Position numbers and translations under genes: made by a program. Shown here in pieces: positions 1 through 15,100 of a stretch of DNA of 64,000 nt. Where the stretch lies: the NCBI GenBank assembly GCA_015680685.1, contig MNCI01002043.1:115605-179604 (forward strand), in the 5' to 3' direction. Position 1 is the first letter of the stretch; each line of letters begins with the position of its first letter. Below the pieces are notes generated by a model. That model was not told where the DNA came from. It made no database searches and saw only the letters and a program-made list of their open reading frames with translations. The stretch is from Gnetum montanum (lineage: Eukaryota > Plantae > Gnetophyta).

Positions 1-2926
1 GAAAGGCTCAGAGCACTTCCTTCGCAAAGTTGCTAAAATCTGTAGCACCAAGGAAAGACCTTGGTGAAGAACAAGAACTGGAGAAGGAAGCAAAACTAGA
101 AAAAGAAGCATAACAAGAGCCTAAACAATGCCTTGAAATACAAGCTCTACCACCACCACTACTGCAAGACTATAGACCCTCAATGAGCTAGTTGCAAAAA
201 ATTGCTAAGACACTCAACTGGGAAAGTAGGGAAGAATCAAGCCTCTTTAGAGTCTTGGATGAGGTACAACCCACCATTTCAGCTGATCTGGCAAGAGGGT
301 AGATCTCACTACAATCAGGAGAAGAATCCTAGTGGTCTAGACAAATCTCTGGTAATGCCACATCCTTCCAAGTGATGCTTTAGATGGGAGAAGGTGCCAC
401 AGTATTAGTAATGCAGCATCATGATGTGGCAAGTGCAACTAAAGTGATTACAAACCACATTAAAGAATCATTCAATGTGCTTGTTGTGCCCCTAGTAGAT
501 CTGATTGGGACTAGAGATGCACAAATGCTTGCTGAGACTTCAATGAGTCTTGCGGCACATGAGGATGTATTAGATCAATTGCTACATATAATGCAAGTGA
601 TGAACACCTTATTTGACATTCCCAGTGAAGTCACTGTAGCACAATCAAGCCTCATTGCCACTAAAGAAAAACTAGTCATGACAGAGACCAGGGCAAAGCA
701 CACAAAAGTAGAAGTGCAACGATTACAATAAGAGTTGGGCACCCTGAGAGCCAAAAGGTGAGATCCTGCTTAATTTATCATGCCTAACCAGGTAGAGCAA
801 TTTAGAATAAAGCAGATGATCAAGTTGACTGAAGAAATTAAAGCTGTTAAGTAAGAAAAGAGACAATGGTCTAGAATGCCTCTATTGCTAATGCACAATC
901 CCATGCTTACAAAAGGGCATTGACCACCACTCAAGAGGAGGATAAATAGCTTGCTACAGAAAACTCTAGGTTGACCACCATTGAACAAAAAAATAATATT
1001 CTAGAAGAAATCATCCATCAGTTGAGGAAGCAACTGATGAGGGTCAACCAGGATATCAGCAGATTGGCCAAGAAAAATAGAACCCTCTCAATGGAGGAGG
1101 TTCGTGCTATTCAACAAAAGTCAGCAATCGAAATCAGCACATGGCAAAATGAGGCCAAAAAACATGAGAAGCTAAAGAAACACTTCCACGACCAAGTAGA
1201 CATATATAAGCAAATAAATGAAAAGGAAATCCAAAAGGCTAAAGCCAGTATTGGAGCCATGTCAACACAAGATCCCGACTAGCAACCCATCTTGGATAGT
1301 TATGCACGGGTCGATCAAGCAAAAGTGAAAAACAAAGACCCACAGATCCAAGATTTGAAGGAATACATGGCATTGGCTAACCTCAAATATGCCAACCTTG
1401 CCAGGTTAATAGTAGGTTGGCCCAAAAGCAAGCGAGAAAAATAGGTAGCAACCAGTTATGCATTGTATAAAAAAGAGTTTGCACATAGAAAAGATGCTTT
1501 GCAAAAGCTCCATGTGGCAAACACAGAATTTAAGGTGGTTAAAGCTAACTACCATGGACAAAAGGATGCCGCCTCAAACCTAGCTAGGAGATTAATAGAT
1601 TATCAAGAATTAAGAGAGAAATCTAGGGCCTTTGAGAAAGAACGATGACAGTTTGTGGCCTAGTATGTGAAGGTCAATAAGATGTTCCTGTAGCTGTCAT
1701 GTCCTTGGGATGTACCAATGCTAGCACACATTGGTTTAGCAGCATGGATGGCACATGACCCATGGACAAAAGAAGAAAAGTTGCAGGCATTGCTTGATCG
1801 CTACAAATTTCACAAGCCTGGCGACAAAGGAAAGCACCCAATGGAAGAGTCACTGCCTTTGGGAACTACATGAGCTTCCCTAGTTTTGCATTTGTAATAT
1901 TGTGTCCCAATTTTTGTGAAACACCACTGCGGCATGTAAAAGTCAATTGTTTTGTTTGACATTTAAGTCGGTCAATAATTCCATACCTTCCCAATATTTT
2001 GTAAAAAACTTGTTCCTCATTTTGTTTAACTCGAGGATGAGTTTTCATTCAATCATGGGGGTATGATGAGTCATGAATTAGTCAGCCCCAATATCATATA
2101 TGTGATATCAAATCCCAAGAAACGATGTCAAATATCCTATATTGCCTCTTCCGTGCTAACCTATAAATACAACACTTGGGTGCACAATTGAGATATAGAA
2201 AAAATAGTTGTAGTTCTCAGTTTTTGATAGTCTTTCTTAAATTTCTACATTCAAGTTCTGTTATTTTTGGTGCATGCCTGTAGTGTGATGTTTGTAATCA
2301 TACGGCACCCTTGTTCGAGTGTGACATACTTGGACATGTTACATGACTGGAAATAAAGATCGAGATTACTTCCATCATTGCTGCATTTACTTAGATTTAT
2401 TATTGCTCTAATTATTTAATTATTTATTATTTTCTTTAGTTAATGTTTCCATTTATTACTATTTACTATTCCTGTTATTAAGCAAAATGAGTACAACTTA
2501 ATCATGAGCGCTTAAGTGTAACTACCTGGTAATCCAGCAGTGTAGCGTTTGGCACACCTAGTGACATACACATGGCAATCCTAGCGATAGTTATATGAAG
2601 TCCAAGGTGTGTACGAACGATTGGGGATGAACACTCATCGCATGTAGGCTAGTTTAGATTCTATTTTTCATTGTTCATTAGCTTAATTAATTTATCTCTT
2701 TATCATCATTAGAAGCAGCATAGAATTAGACAACAACATATGCCTCACTTTGGACAAAACTATACGTGATAAAGCTACCACTAGTCCAAGTGGGAAGACA
2801 ATGAACTATGATCAAAGCATAATGATCTAGATGCCACAACTAGTCCCATCCACAGAATTTGACTGGATCGTGCATGAACGCTTGTGATTCATATAGTTGG
2901 ACGTAGGGGTACCTCACTGCTCATCA
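1..2926 (+). mobile_element. Athila-like LTR element copy A, 3' part: degenerate coiled-coil ORF2 (to about 1873), PPT, 3' LTR 2064-2926
   Basis: PPT ATGGGGGTA then TGATGAG...CTCATCA LTR with TATA box CTATAAATAC; ORF pieces 384-731, 971-1282 and 1463-1648 are heptad-rich; the C-terminus matches copies B, C and D. Confidence 0.8.
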
Positions 2927-4700
2927 GATGATAGTGTATGTTTTATGTGTATCATCTACTTTCCCTTAGCTTGACACAAGAGGAATATCAAATGACTATT
3001 ATGAGTAACATGTTAGAAATTAAACATTTAGTATACTTATATTTGAGTATGATTGTAAAATGATAGGTAGTTAAATAGAAATGATGTCATATATTGTACA
3101 TGGTACTAAGCCTAATGATATATTGTGGTCCTTGCAATTCTAACAACTTTAATAAACTTCATGTTCACCATGACCATAAGAAAGGAGGAAGGACCAAGGA
3201 AGGATGGAAAGGATATGGCATTAAGGGGATTTGTTGGCTCTCTAAGATACCATCTGAGGACCCATTATTTTAGTACATAACGACAAGAACTACAAAATAC
3301 TAAAGAAAGGCAAATAATGATAAGTCATTGGAAAGGCATGTAACCCATGTCTAAAGGTGCACCACTAATAAATGATCAAAGATAACTTTTTAATTAATTA
3401 ATTAACTACATAAATACTTTGTTTCATGTTGTTTTCTCTAACAATTTCATAAGTTATCCTTGTAACTATGTTGTTGTTTCACTTGATCTTAGGATGACAA
3501 TCTTAAGATGATACAAGGTAATGTCATTTAAAGAAGGCATGACTTAGTCTCAAGTTTGAACAAAAGGGTAAGGTGATTTTCATTAATCATGCTTTACACA
3601 TAAGTCACATTGTGTCCATGTGTCATGTACTATCATGTCCCTAACTTTTCCCTCCCATTTTATCTCTTATCATCTCACTTTACTAATTCATTGAAAATTA
3701 TTATTGCTAAGCATGTGATGGTATGGAACAAATAATTACAATTGACTAGGGCATATCGTAATCACTTATGTTCATGTTTACATTCAACTAACAAGATGCC
3801 TATAGACATCTTAACTAGTGGTTATCTAAGGGCAACAAGGACAAGAGCCTGCTAGGGGAAGGACCTACTTGGATAGCTTTTATCAAGACTAACTCAACAT
3901 GAGCTTAAGATTTCAATGGAAACCTTTATTTTGCCCTATTTTTGATCTTTCATATAAAATGATTAAAATTTATCAAAAGCCAATCAAATACAAGATCATA
4001 GCCATGCAACCTCTTGCCTAGCTCAAAAGAGTACAAACTAAGAAAATCTAACTAAATACATGTCTTTAAGGAAAGTCAATGGGTGTCAACACTTATCTAC
4101 CATACATTATGCATTAACACATCTATAAAAACTATATATATCCAAAACCCTCTCCCATTTCTCTTCATTCTATGCCATTCCAAGTGAGGAAAGTTTTTGC
4201 AATATCTTTAGAGCATTTAAATTGCAATATCTTGGCCATTTCAAACCCATTTTCTCTTGTTCTTCCACCAACTTGCACCCAAAGTTGTGATTTTGTCATG
4301 AGAGAGGAACTTGGAAAATTTTAAAAATTCTTCTATTGCCCCAACACTAAAAATTAAGGTAAAATATAATAAAATCAATGCCACAAGGTGTCATAATCAT
4401 CCAAATATTAATTTTCGAAATAATTTTGGTAATGTTAGGATCATTTTTTCAATCTTACTTAAGGAAGAGATTTAGAAAAGAGGTATTCACACCTAATTTT
4501 AATAAATTTTTAACATTGATGCCTGATCTATGAACATGTAACTAACTATAGATGGCACCCAAAAGAGGATGTAGAGCAAGAAAAATGATGTATGAAAGAG
4601 AGAAGCTACTACAAGTTAAACCTAAACAAACACAAGTGCAGGAAAGACAACTTTACAAACTTGGAATATTCGCTAAAACCTCATTTGTATAAGCAACTAA
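2927..4700 (+). mobile_element. Older decayed internal region of a related LTR element (host of copy A)
   Basis: Blocks shared with 57700-60390, e.g. ATGTTCACCA..AAGAAAGGAGGAAG at about 3161 and 57792, and TAG-ATGGCACC at 4552 and 60268. Confidence 0.55.
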
Positions 4701-5959
4701 GAGGTTAAATTTTAGTATTTAATGATGCGTTATAATGTTTTAATTTGACTATATGTCTTGGTATACTCTATGAATATTGTTATACACCTGTAGTGGAAAG
4801 ACAATGACTTATGATCCATTGAATCAACCCCTAAATATACAGCCTATACTTTCCATAGATAGTGACAAAGTCTACTACATAGGCCAATAGATTTGTATGA
4901 CTAGACATAAGAAATGTATTTCAACCCTAATAGAAACTTAAATTTGCATTTATATATTATATATCATATTCATGTATCTTTATGTTTATTAAAGAAAGAT
5001 TTATCTATTTTAATATAATATTATTTCATGAGTTAGCGATCAATCAAGTGAAGGAAGTGAATTAATGAGTCTCCCTAGAAACCAAAATATACATGTTTTT
5101 CTTCCATGACCCCATGACACATTTTCAAACATGCAAAATTTACACAATGATAACCTTTATGATGGACCACTTACCAAATAGCAACTTCATTTCTTGTAGA
5201 TTTGTTAGCATGTAACATTAGCAACATATTTTGAAATATCATTGAAAATCAAACTTAGGAATAAACATATCTCATTTGAAATCATAAGAAACCCACATCT
5301 TTTCTTTTGTTTCTTTTGTCCAAACAAATTTGCGTACTCTAAATTTAAAATTTTCCCAGATAATAAATTTTGAAAATAAAAACAACTCTAAATCTAAATT
5401 TCTCCCAGATTGAGAATTTTAAGAATGTATACTTTCTTTTAAATGTCATTTAAAAGAATCTCATCATCCTACCCTCATTATCTTCTTATTGGGTCCATTA
5501 TAGGAGTTCTTAGACGCCGTTTGCTTCTATCAAGAACCAAGTTTTAAATATATTTTTCTTACTAATAATTTATGTATTTTCTGTACTTGGAACATGCAAA
5601 AGAAAAAGTGCATCCATTAGAAATCTGAAACTAACAGAAGCTGAACCTAATTTATGCTCGAAAATGCAACATTTTTTCAGGGCAAAACCCCCTAAGCCAT
5701 AGCTTTCCGGAGCTATAATGCACATGGGTTATCTCTGATTCAAAGTTACACATATAAAGCATGGAAACATTACCTAATATCCATGGTCTTCGCTCATGTA
5801 TCATAAACTAACATAGCCAATTGTTTATGCTACGTACAATGCAGATGTAATGGCATAAGCTTTATAGTTTACCATTGCCAGAATGTTAGATAAAATATAA
5901 GAGATGGCAACAAGTCAAAAATTATTATGCCCAGATGAATTGCATTTATTCATCTAGGC

Positions 5960-6062
5960 ATAATACCATTTATTCAGAACTTGCATGCATAGCATCTGAA
6001 GTTACAGTAACAAGATAATACCATTTATTCAGAACTTGCATGCATACCATCTGAAGTTACAG
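5960..6062. repeat. Tandem duplication: 48 bp x2, period 55, one mismatch, overlapping the RBM28 stop
   Basis: ATAATACCATTTATTCAGAACTTGCATGCATA(G/C)CATCTGAAGTTACAG at 5960 and 6015. Confidence 0.95.
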
Positions 6063-6164
6063 AAACCTTGTTAGAGGCCAAACGGCTTGCCTTGTGCTTC
6101 TGCACCTTCCTTATGTTTTCAACTGCAAATTCCACAATTGGTCGCCTCTCAGGTCCAAATGTTT
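6025..6164 (-). CDS. RBM28: RBM28 exon 17 ([14 protein letters not shown]... to TAA)
   Basis: TGCAG acceptor; stop at 6025-6027, but a further exon cannot be excluded. Confidence 0.75.
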
Positions 6165-9100
6165 CTGCAAAACAAACCAGATGTGTAACGATCACATTGC
6201 ATAATACATCTACAACATTATTTGAAATACAATCTCTCCAAATGAAAGGCCAAATACCAGGATTATTATTAAGAACACGAAGAGCTACAAGTGCATGCTC
6301 ATGTTCAGTAAATTCAACAAATGCAAGTCCACGGGGTTTGCTATTGCTGTTTGGTGTCTTTGCATCTTTCAAAATCTTAACCTGGAAGTATGGGCAATGG
6401 TGTTAGAAGAATGCATATTAGGTGCCGCAAGGTTCATTTGGCAAGAATAAAATTCTCTGCTACGTCCACCAACCTGTTTAATTACAGGATTTTGCTTGTA
6501 AGCACGCAATTTGACGGCCCCAATAAATAGCTTTTTCAGTTCTTTTTCCGACATGGATTTTGGAATGTTGTATACTGATAATCTTGTTTTGGAAACGTGG
6601 AAATTGGGGCTCTTAAGCTTTACGGCCTTTTTCTGAGCTAATCTGCGAACATGATTAGCACATGATTTATTCAATTATCATAGGTGCACAAACTCTACAA
6701 AGAATCGTTAGCATATCTAATTAAGTAATTCGTAATAGCAATCAAATTTACTGCACAAGTAATCCATGATAGAAATTCTACCCTTACGCAACACACAAAG
6801 AAGCTGAAATGAATGCAAACATTGTAAAATTAAAAGCAAACAGCAAATGCAAGTCAGTTTTACCAAATCTATAGCATCATGCATCCATCAAAACCAAATT
6901 AAAATAAGTGTTTACAAATACTAGCTATGACACATTTTTAAAGTAAATACCAAACGAGCAATCAGCTCAAAAAACATTTAAACATTCAAATTTAGATAAT
7001 CATTTGTAAAATATTTCTCACCCATCGTGGGTATATTAGGGATAAGATAACTGGTGCCTTAAAAAACTATGTTCATGGTTTTGCCATCTACACGGTAATT
7101 GGCATACTTCAAATCTATATGTATCATTATGCAGTGATCCTCAACAGACTATGAAATAATAGCTATTTTACATTTTTATTTCTTAGACTTTATATTCTGC
7201 TCGTGGAATCACTGGTACGTAAAAACCATAATTCAATTATATAATGGTAATGTTAAAAAGTTACTTAAACATAAAATCTCAGATTTCTTACTGTCGACGC
7301 TTTAGCAAATCTTGTGCAGAAACTCCGACAGCAACAGGCATTCCCTCCAAAATTAAACCTTCCTATTCAATAAACAATTAAAAAAATGTAAACTTATGAC
7401 TGGAAAAAATTTTGCAGCGTTGCTAAAGAAAATATTAATTACAAATGTTTTGATCACCATATAAAGACAATATGTAATACTGCAATCAAGGATCTCACCT
7501 GTGTAAGGTAAAGATTGCGATGATCAGCACTTTTCTTCTGTGTCTTGTCCTTAGCCATTTTACCAGCTATACTTCTGTCAATGGCACGCAAGATTGTCAC
7601 TGGTCTGCCTTTCATCATAATGGATCCTGATGCAGACATAGCGGCCTCTGCAGCTTTGTCTTCTTTGAACTCAACAAATGCTGTCCCTTTAGGACGCCTT
7701 CATAAAAATAGGTTGCCATAGAACATAAATACCACATGTCAAAAAAATGACATTCTTGATAGCGAGAACACCAATTCTCGAAATGAAATTTAAAAAAAAA
7801 AAAAAACAAACAAACTTTTTTGAGATGTAGCAAATAGATGTCATTTTCATGATGGAGAGCTACTGAGTTTACACACCTTGTAACTTTATGAAGAACACAA
7901 TGAACAGCCTTCACTTTCCCAAAAACTGAAAGCCTTGATTTAAGTTCATCATTGTTGATATCAAATGGAAGATTGCTGACAAACACAGTTCTTTGCAAAC
8001 TATCTTCCTTTTGTTGTTGCCCTGATGTCTGCGACAATGACGCACTAGCATTGACAAGTTTCTTCTTTGCTGTAATCTTTTCTGAAGATGGATTACTGCT
8101 TTTTTTTGTTTCATTCAACTCCATTTTGTCAGTGCTAATGGTTGAACCATGTGTATGAGTTGGTGCTCCCTCCTCACTAGAATGAACTATTTTATTTAAC
8201 ACTTTCCATGCAACATCCAGTTCCTTGCTAATATCAAGATTATCAGATGCATTTCCAGGACGCTCATTACCATCAGCAAGGTCCTCTTTGTCAATTTCTT
8301 CATCTTCACTTGAACTATCCTCATTCTCGGTGTCAGCACTTTGATTGCCATGACTTTCTCCTACAAGATCCAAAAGAACATTAAACACAATCTATATTAT
8401 AAAATTGCCAGATGATTTACCAAACAAACCATAACTAATGAAACATCTAGTTCTGGTTGTTAGATCTGGAAGTCGTATATACTTGGTTTTCCATGATCTA
8501 GATTAGTGCAGATATTTTGAATTTTGACGTACAAAGGAATGGAGATTTCGACTTTCCAAACTACAATGATACTGACATTGTTTTCTAGCAAATAGAAACT
8601 TAAAGATGTCACAATATAGGTACAAAGCTCCTGGTAGGACACATCATGACTTGGTTAATGGGGGAAAATGTTAAGATCAGGTCCCTTTCCCAACTATTCC
8701 TGAGCTATTATGTTAAATGGTTTGCACACAATAATTTTGTAATTATTTAATTGTCAGAATGAGTATTTATGCAACCATGATTAGATAATTTACTTTAGTG
8801 ATATGAAAGGTGAAAACTGTAGTCGCATGCCAACCAGGCAAAAACAGAGTAAAATGATGTCGACAAAAATGATAGAATTTATTCGTAAGTACCAAAGACA
8901 ACTCAAAGCATCAACACACAAAAGTTTGCACCTGCAGATTAGCATTAGAATGCGTGCAATTAATGCACAACCAGCACAACAATAAAATTTGTGGCACTGC
9001 GTGCATGAAGGGCCTGGGTGACACATTAAAAAAGGGAAAATCATAATCAAGCATAAACAGTCAAGACTATAAAAAGTTCAAGTGGGAGAATTTGAAAAGC

Positions 9101-12100
9101 ATTGAAATGGAAGCTTGAAATTGGTATCTTCTTCTAAATCATTAATTGTGCAAATTCCTTGTCCTACTTTTTTTATGGTCGTAAAGTACTTCAAAACTTT
9201 GAAGTGGTTAAAACAGTTTGAAAAAATCTTTTAAAACGTGCTTTAAAAAGCTTAATGATTCTGCCAGAAAGGAATAATATTGTGGAAAACTCAATGGAAG
9301 GTGAGGATGTGAGCTTCTAAAGCAGGATGCTCAGAATAACTTTCCGGTTTAGGTCATCTTTCTTTTCTTGTTTGGATTTGTTAAAATTTAATTCGAGTTT
9401 TTACAAAGAAAGATCTTCAGATTAACTAAAAAGTTTTCCTAAAACCGTAGGAAAATGTTCAAGCATTTAAACTGTATAAAGATGAAAGAACTAATACTAA
9501 GTCTGCACATCACATCAACTCAAAATGACCATTTGCTTAACCAGCATTATAGAACTCGTTTAACAAAAACATTGACGGTAGCTGCTTAGATAGAATACTT
9601 TAAAATAGCCGGTATTAATATTACCTTACAGTGCAAATAGGTAAGTAGAATATAACAACAAAATATGCAGTTACCTGTTAACATCATAGCGTTTTGAAAT
9701 TTCTTTTTTGAAATTGCCCAATCTACGGCGATTGTCCTCTTTCTAATTTTTATTCCATTGATGCTAGAGATTGCCTGCATCAATATCTTCCAAATTCTTC
9801 ATATGGAAGAACTAAATAATAAATTACTCAAATACTTAATAAAAAGAAAATATGCTTGAATAGAAAAAAGACTTGCCATTTCTGCATCCTTTTTGTTCGT
9901 GTAAGATACAAATGCAAAACCTCTTGTTGGACTGCAATATCATGGCCATTCAGCATTCATAATATTGTTCTATGCAAGAAAAACCTATCGTATTGACAAG
10001 TCAATGATATTAATTCAATACCAGCCATTTGCTCCCTCAGGCAATGTAACACTCCATACAAATCCTGCTTTCGAGAAAATCTTCCTTACTTCTTCGTCAG
10101 TCACCTGCACAATTAAAACGTTAACAAAAGTATAGAGGAAACTGTTGAAATGACATGAGATAAAAATCATCAAATAGAAGATGAATGATAGAACTGAACC
10201 TGAAATGGCATATTGCGAATTATAAGTCTCCATTTCTTTACTTTTGAACCCTCACCACCAAGTTGCCGAGCCCAAACTACTCCTCCCGCAACTTCTTGTT
10301 GATGTAATCTAACAACAGCCTGATGGGCGATGGAAACAGACTTATAGACAACAGAAATAGCACTCAACTTGCAGCCATCTCTAGCAAGGCCTACATAAAA
10401 GCAAAGTCCCAAAAGACACTTATTAATGCTAAAAACTTAACAGTATCATAAGAATGTCAAGCTTTATTCTGTATATTTTGACAAGTAAAATTTTGGACAT
10501 TTAGATGAAAACACCACAAAAACAATTCACAATAAAAATATGCACCGACCATGACTTTGTAGCTCAAGCTCAGAAAGTGGATCTGTGACACACTCAACTG
10601 CGCCAACCTGTTTCGCTTTAAGCAAAACTTTTTCCTTCATTTTTGAGTCAACAAGACCACCGAAAACGACTGTTCTTGAAACCCTGGAAAATTCATAAAT
10701 AAACAATGATAAGTCTAATGCATAAAAAATTAAGCTAAAAACCTACTGAGCCATTCTATATTCTGTATAAAATGGTAAAGTGCAAGAGAATAGTGTGCAA
10801 ACCAAGTGAAGAAAGCCTGAGTGGGGTAGAGAATTGCAGACATGATACAATTTGTCGCATGAAGGGCCAGACTCGGACCAAGAATGGACCTAGCTGGCAG
10901 CGGCACAGGCAGTAATGTGGGCACACTAACAGGAACTGTCATGGTTCAGACAGAAACCAACAAAAGTACACAACCAACAACAGAGGAGGATTTTAAGATT
11001 AGGGGTTCTCAAACAACTAACACTTTTGTAGACTTTTTGCTAATGTCATGGTAAGCTCATTGACGGGCACTGGGATGCTTCGGAAAGCAGGTTGAAACCA
11101 ACAGAGGAGACTGTGGAGGAAGCCATCGAAAATTTCCAGTTTTCAGAGGAAAAAGAACACTGTAATTGTAGGGTGGATCCCTGGCATGAAGGATCTCCCT
11201 CCAAACCTATGTTTCACATTGGTTGGGAACACAGGAGAGTGGGAGCACAGAAGCATGTACCCAAACAAAGTTAGCAACAAGGGTTATATTTAGCATTCAT
11301 AATAACCTTGTGATAATCATAAATATTTGGTAAAATATCAGCATCATCATCATCCTAGCTTTGTCCCAACAAAATGGGGTAAACACATCTTCAGCAACAC
11401 ACAGGTAAACAAAGATAATAATAATAGGTATAGAAACAAAGAATGAAAAAGATTACAAAGGGAGTTTTGAAGACTGAACAAGGTGGATATACAGTTCCTC
11501 CCTTGTTTCGCTTGTGCTTGAATTATGATTTTATTTTCAGAATTATTCCACTATCTTAAATGCTTTCCGAATATGCTTTTTTTTTATCTATGACATTTTG
11601 AATTAGCGAATCCTTATTTTTAAGAATCTCTCCGCCCATCTTTCTACTTTTAGGCCTAAATGACCTAAATGACAGTTGTTTCCAGATGGATTTGGAAACA
11701 CCCATAAAGATTTTGGGCAATTTGGCATAAGAATTTACCAACATGGATCAAGGATCCCTGATATGAGGATTGGAAATGCCAGCAGAAAGTGAGAGCATCT
11801 TTTGCCCATCTTGATTTTGAAAAATCTTTAAAAAAAAAATCTAAGGATATTATCATTCTGGTGATTGCTCATGGTTGACCTTGATTTTCTATTAATGAGA
11901 CTAATCTTGGATCCCTCCTTCCCACCAATTTGTAGAATTTTTAACCCTATAACAGACCTTCTCAGTTCTGATTTAGTTATGTTTCTACAAGTTATTGAGA
12001 AGAAAGGCTAATAAAAAAATCTTGATTAAAATGTTTCTAGTTACAATTTTTTGTTATCTGATTTTGTTGAATAATTAGCTGTGAAATTTTTTGCAAGTCT

Positions 12101-15100
12101 GTGGATATGACCTGAGTAAATTTCATATATCTTCTCTGCTGAGATGGGTTGGCTGTCTGTATAAACAGCCTGATAAGAACAACCTTATTTTTCATAGTTG
12201 AATTCTTTTGATTGTATGACAGATTATTAATCAGAAGTGTTTTAAACTTTGTTTAGCTTGGTAACATAGATAGTGAATTTTGTATGTTTCCCTATATTGA
12301 CTGAAGTTAGACCTGAAAGGATGGTTGTATTGTTGATTTCATGATAGTGCTGACTGGGATGAAATAGAATGATTTTGTTTACTCTGATATTTGTCACTTT
12401 TCTCGGTATACCGGAAACATTTTTTGAGTCATGGATTGTCGTATTCTTTGAATTTTTTTTCCTTGGAAGAGAGTTGTAAATCGTCATCTTTCATTGCATA
12501 AGATCTTGTTCTTTTCTCAATATCTGTATCTAGCATTTGGGTAGAAGAGTTGTCTCTTTGAATACATCGTTTAGGAGGAGAGAAATCAGTTTTCTAATAT
12601 TTTTAAAAGAAATCTGTAAGTCCAATTTTGTCTTCAATAAAGCTGACATCCCTTTTTGTGTGCCATTTGTGCTCTATAGGATCGTAACACTTGTAGCTGC
12701 CTGTTTTTGAGGAATATCCAATAAAACAACATTTTCTACCTTTGTCTTCTAATTTATCCAAAAGTCATTTACGAATCTTCACACAGCAATAACAACCAAA
12801 TGTCCTCGTGTCAAATGTTTGGCAATTTCTTGTACAACAATTCATAGAGTTTTGTCTATGTTGTTGCTGGTTATAAGTCTATTAATGATGTAGCTTGACA
12901 TGGTAATTGCAATACTCCAAAATTCAACATTTGAAATGTTGCTCAATATGACCCATGGTATGGTTGCAGTAACTTAACCACAACCCGGCTGCTCCACCAT
13001 GACTTGTGGTCGTTTCATTTTTCAAAATTTTGCTGATTCTTAGAAGTCCTGAAGGAGTAATTCTCAATCCATTCCCAGCACTTTCATCTGTAGATGGAAC
13101 AATTTGTTCAAAAGCAAGTCATCCATTTTTCCTTAACAACTAATGAGCAACCCCTACGACAGCATATGTTAAGGCCATCATTCACCAACATACTAACAAA
13201 TACACATGGAGTTTTGCAAACACCTGGCTAGAGCATGGCCAACACTACAAAGGATGAATAATCGTAACATTTATGCAGGCACCATGCCTTTTCAGCATAT
13301 GTAATGGATACCAACCATAGTAAGCAACTGTGGCAATTAATGGTTGAGGGGGATGCAATGGATGGAGCAACTGTCGAGCACGTGGATGGTAAACATGATT
13401 CATGCATTCAGGCATGACATCTGATGGCAAGAGATCACTCACTGACTAGCCATCATGTAGGAAATTCTGGAAACTGGAAATTTTTATTACATCCAGGAAA
13501 TTACAAAAAATCTGTTGGACGGTTACAACATCTCAACGTATTTTTGAAGAAAGTTGAAAACATCATTGATATAATGCCCCAAGCAGATAGGGTCAATTTG
13601 AAAAAAAGCAATCAGCAGATTACAATTAATAGTATAATTTGACTCAAAGATGGGCAAAATAAAAAAATATGTTCTTCATCTTCTATGCTTTGTTTGCAGA
13701 GTCTACAAATATGCTCTTCTTTTGGTAAATTGATCTAATGACCTGTCTCAATAAGGAGATGATGAAAGGTCATTCTTGCTCTAGCCATTTGATTCCTTAA
13801 ATGAATAGGAATAGCTGAGAATAGATACTTTTGAGTACTAGATAACAAACCTCCTCTAATAGACTGTAAATAAAAATGTTTTTTCCCTGATGTATTCAAC
13901 CAAACTTTAGACAAGAAGAACCTTTTATTTAAAGGAAGATCCTCTATTACAATATTCCATGCCTGAAGCCATAATTCTCCTTGATGCAACCATCCATTTT
14001 CTTGTGTAGCATTCATTATCTCCTTGGCATAGAAATGCACTTACTTTGGCAATCTCATGTAAATGCTCAAACAACAAACATGGAAAGCTAGCAACAAAGA
14101 GACTCGTGTCCAAGGCACATGGAGAACTCATGAGCCTCCAACTGCCAAACAAGCTTGTATAGTAAGCTAATCGTACAATTCATCAAAGCTCATTTCAGAG
14201 ATCAAAAAGAAGCAGTTGGAGGTGAGATCTTGGCAGTTGAAATGTATGAAGCATTGAAATTTCAAGTTTTCAAGGTAAAACTCAGCTCACATGAGGTTTC
14301 CATGTGCCCTCTACAAGCATATGAGCATAAAATGACTACTAAATCAAAGATCATCTGGTACAACTCAGCTCACATAAGTTATCCGTGTGCCATAGGCATC
14401 ACTAATCCTAATAAAAGCTGACAACACCAAGATGTCACCAAGTCTGCTTAATGATTTCCAGTACAAGTGTCGAGATCCTTGCAGGAAAATGTGTTGGCAC
14501 ATCAACATACTTCCCAAACCCTAAGTTTTCACCTATCTTGTCATGCATAAATTTAATGATTCAAGCCAAAGTACATTGTGCCGGCAAGATATAAAGGATG
14601 GAAAACATGTTTTTTGAAACTAAAAACTCATAACCTCGGTGCAGTTAATCATTAATAGTCAAGTTCAAGAAGATCCACTCCTCAATTGAGCTTGCATTCA
14701 TACCTGAAAAGCACAGACTACCCTAGGATGTGGCAAATGCAATGTGCCCTGCTAGTCCTGCACAAACTTCTTTGCTACATGTTATTAGCACCCTGTGTTA
14801 TCCCAACCCAAGCAATATACAATGTAAAAGCAAGGAAAACAATGTATAACACAACATATAGAAAATTTTATTGCAAAATCTATTACCTAAAAAAATGTGT
14901 AAAAAACCATAAAAAGAATTGAAATGAAAAACCAGACAAGAAAATAGTTAAGGAAAAAATAAGCTTAAGGAGGCAACGATGGGAGAAGCCGATAGGGAGA
15001 CCAAAGGGAAATGAAAAGCTTAGCAAAATAAATAATCAAAACAAAAAGAAAACCATGGGAAAACAATTTGAAACAAGCATTCAGGCCGCAACCTCTCTGT

